Shown here in pieces: positions 61,851 through 64,000 of a DNA stretch of 64,000 nucleotides. This stretch comes from Octopus vulgaris (Eukaryota). How positions within the stretch are numbered: the stretch's first letter is position 1; every line of letters starts with the position of its first letter. The notes under the pieces were generated by a model. It made no database searches, was not told where the DNA came from, and saw only the letters and a list, made by a program, of their open reading frames with translations. The stretch is from contig OX597824.1 of the NCBI GenBank assembly GCA_951406725.2, positions 14,570,001-14,634,000 of the forward strand, in the 5' to 3' direction. Position numbers and translations under genes: made by a program.

Positions 61851-63414
61851 CTGAAAGTAGAAATGGCAAACACCAAGAGAATGAAATCATTTTTCAAGGC
61901 ATATTTCAAAGTGGATGATCCAGCTATAAATAAAAGCATGTTAATATATCTGGTTAAAAAAAACCCTTAAATGAAAAAGAAGAAAAAAAAAACCCCAAAA
62001 AAAAAACCGGAAGACTACCTGCAAGAAACAAATCTTGCATCTTCTTTCCCATAAAAGATGTATTCACCAATTATACTAAAATAATCTACAGTACTTCCAT
62101 CAAATTAAGCGCTTTGATCTGACAAGTATGAAAATAGGCCTGAGAAGCTTCGAGAAATATACTCTTTTTTACTCTTTTACTTGTTTCAGTCATTTGACTG
62201 CAGCCATGCTGGAGCACCGCCTTTAATCGAGCAACTCGACCCCGGACTTATTCTTTTTGTAAGCCCAGTACTTAATCTATCGGTTTCTTTTGCCGAACTG
62301 CTAAGTAACGGGGACATAAACACACCAGCATCGGTTGTCATGCACACAAACACGCATATATATATACACATATATACGACGGGCTTCTTTTCAGTTTCCG
62401 TCTACCAAATCCACTCACAAGGCTTTGGTCGGCCCGGGGCTATAGTAGAAGACACTTGCCCAAGGTGCCACGCAGTGGGACTGAACCCGGGACCATGTGG
62501 TTGGTAAACAAGCTACTTACCACACGTAAATAAATAATTTTTATGATGTGGATACAATCAAAGATAATAAATTTGTAATATATCAAAAGAATGATTTAGT
62601 TTCGAGGTTTAATATCTCTTAGTACTTTTGCTCTTCAAAGTCATAAAAAAAAAACTAAAAGTTAATGAAAATTTATTACTGTTTGGAAACGAGAAAAATT
62701 CCTCCTCTGCTGAATATATTTATATAAATAAGAGAATGGGCATTTAACAAAACAGCTTCTATGAGTAAATAAATAATTTACATCATGAAACTGCAGCTAA
62801 GTTAAAGTAAAACGATCTGTTTAAATCTATGTCTAGACTAAGTGTAGTAACTCTACACTGCTAAATTGGCTCTACTTTGATCCTTAAGTCCTGTTTTGAT
62901 AAACAAGAGCAAGCCTAATGCTTTATTTAAAAGGACACAATCCTATACCAACTCATAACTCTTCAAACTTTATTGATACAGTCATTGTAACTCCTCAGCC
63001 TCTCCTTGTAGGATGCACGTGAAACAGCTGGTGGAGGATAAGTATGTACTTGACTGACAAATGGGATGATTAGAAAAAGTGTCATGTAGTCTGATATTAA
63101 ACACTACACCAAATTCATTCAGAAATTTATTACACACAGATTTCAGACATGCACACACAGCTGTTTGGCTGATGTCCACTTTGCAATCATGTGGTTTCAG
63201 GTTCAATCCCATGGGTCTGCGCCTCAGGCTGGTGTCTTCTACTATCGCTTTGGACTGAGCAATGCCTTGTGTGTTTGGTAGACAGAAACAGTATTAAGTC
63301 CATTGTGTGTATATGTTCATGTGCAAATATTTGGGCAAGTGTCTTCTACTATAGCCTCAGGCCGACCAAAGCCTTGAGTGGATTTGGTAGACAGAAACTG
63401 AAAGAAGCCCGTCG

Positions 63415-63461
<47 letters not shown>

Positions 63462-64000
63462 TTGTGTGTGTGTTTGTCCCCCCCCCACCAACATTGCTTG
63501 ACAACCGATGCTGGTGTGTTTACGCCCCCGTAACTTAGCGGTTTGGCAAATGAGACCGATAGAATAAGTACTAGGCTTACAAAGAATAAGTCCTGGGGGT
63601 CGATTTGCTCGACTAAAGGTGGTGCTTCCAGCATGGCCACAGTCAGATGACTGAAACAAGTAAAAGAGTAAAGAGTAAGCTCTTGTTTGAACCTACTGCT
63701 ACCAACTTTGCACATCAAACTGGGTTTGATGAAACAGTTCGTTAAATCTTGGCCTGCAGATGAACCATGTTTGCAGTATCTCTCAAAAATCAGAATCGAA
63801 ATCGATCAATGGAAATTGCAGATGTGTTACCAGTGCCGGTGGCATGTAAGAGAACCTTCCGTTTCGCGACCGTTGCCAGAGCCGCCCCGACTGGCCTCGT
63901 GCCGGTGGCACATAAAAAGCACCATCCGTTCGTGGCCGTTTGCCAGCTCTGTCTGGCACCATGCGGGTGGCACGTAAAAAGCACCCACTACACTCGCGGA

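Noticed and set aside
61851-64000. Further upstream UBR exon (ClpS-like domain core)
   Set aside because: No matching exon found; the region is mostly SINE B and family C repeats, so that exon probably lies beyond the window.

Overview
Eukaryotic, AT-rich, repeat-dense genomic DNA. The SINE repertoire looks like Octopus (recognition, not a database result). The whole window lies inside one minus-strand gene, an N-degron pathway E3 ligase of the UBR1/UBR2 family. I traced 41 GT-AG exons (40 exon positions) from 61850 down to 27. Their phases chain into one open frame of 4334 nt (~1444 codons), running from the end of the ClpS-like N-domain through the winged-helix, RING-H2 and C-terminal Cys-rich regions; the UBR box/start and the last exon lie outside the window. 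Main finding: one exon is present as two diverged 99-nt phase-0/0 copies (48652-48750 and 46857-46955), i.e. candidate mutually exclusive exons. The 1.7-kb intron between them is clamped by an ~78-nt imperfect inverted repeat (48554-48632 / 47006-47081) starting 19 nt after the upstream donor and ending 50 nt before the downstream acceptor, a candidate RNA-structure switch enforcing exclusivity. Introns otherwise hold several SINE families, RTE and CR1 LINE fragments, DD41D and DD37D Tc1/mariner relics, non-autonomous Helitrons, TTAA-flanked MITEs, hairpin-shaped insertions and minisatellites. Most ORFs in the supplied track are repeat-derived or spurious.
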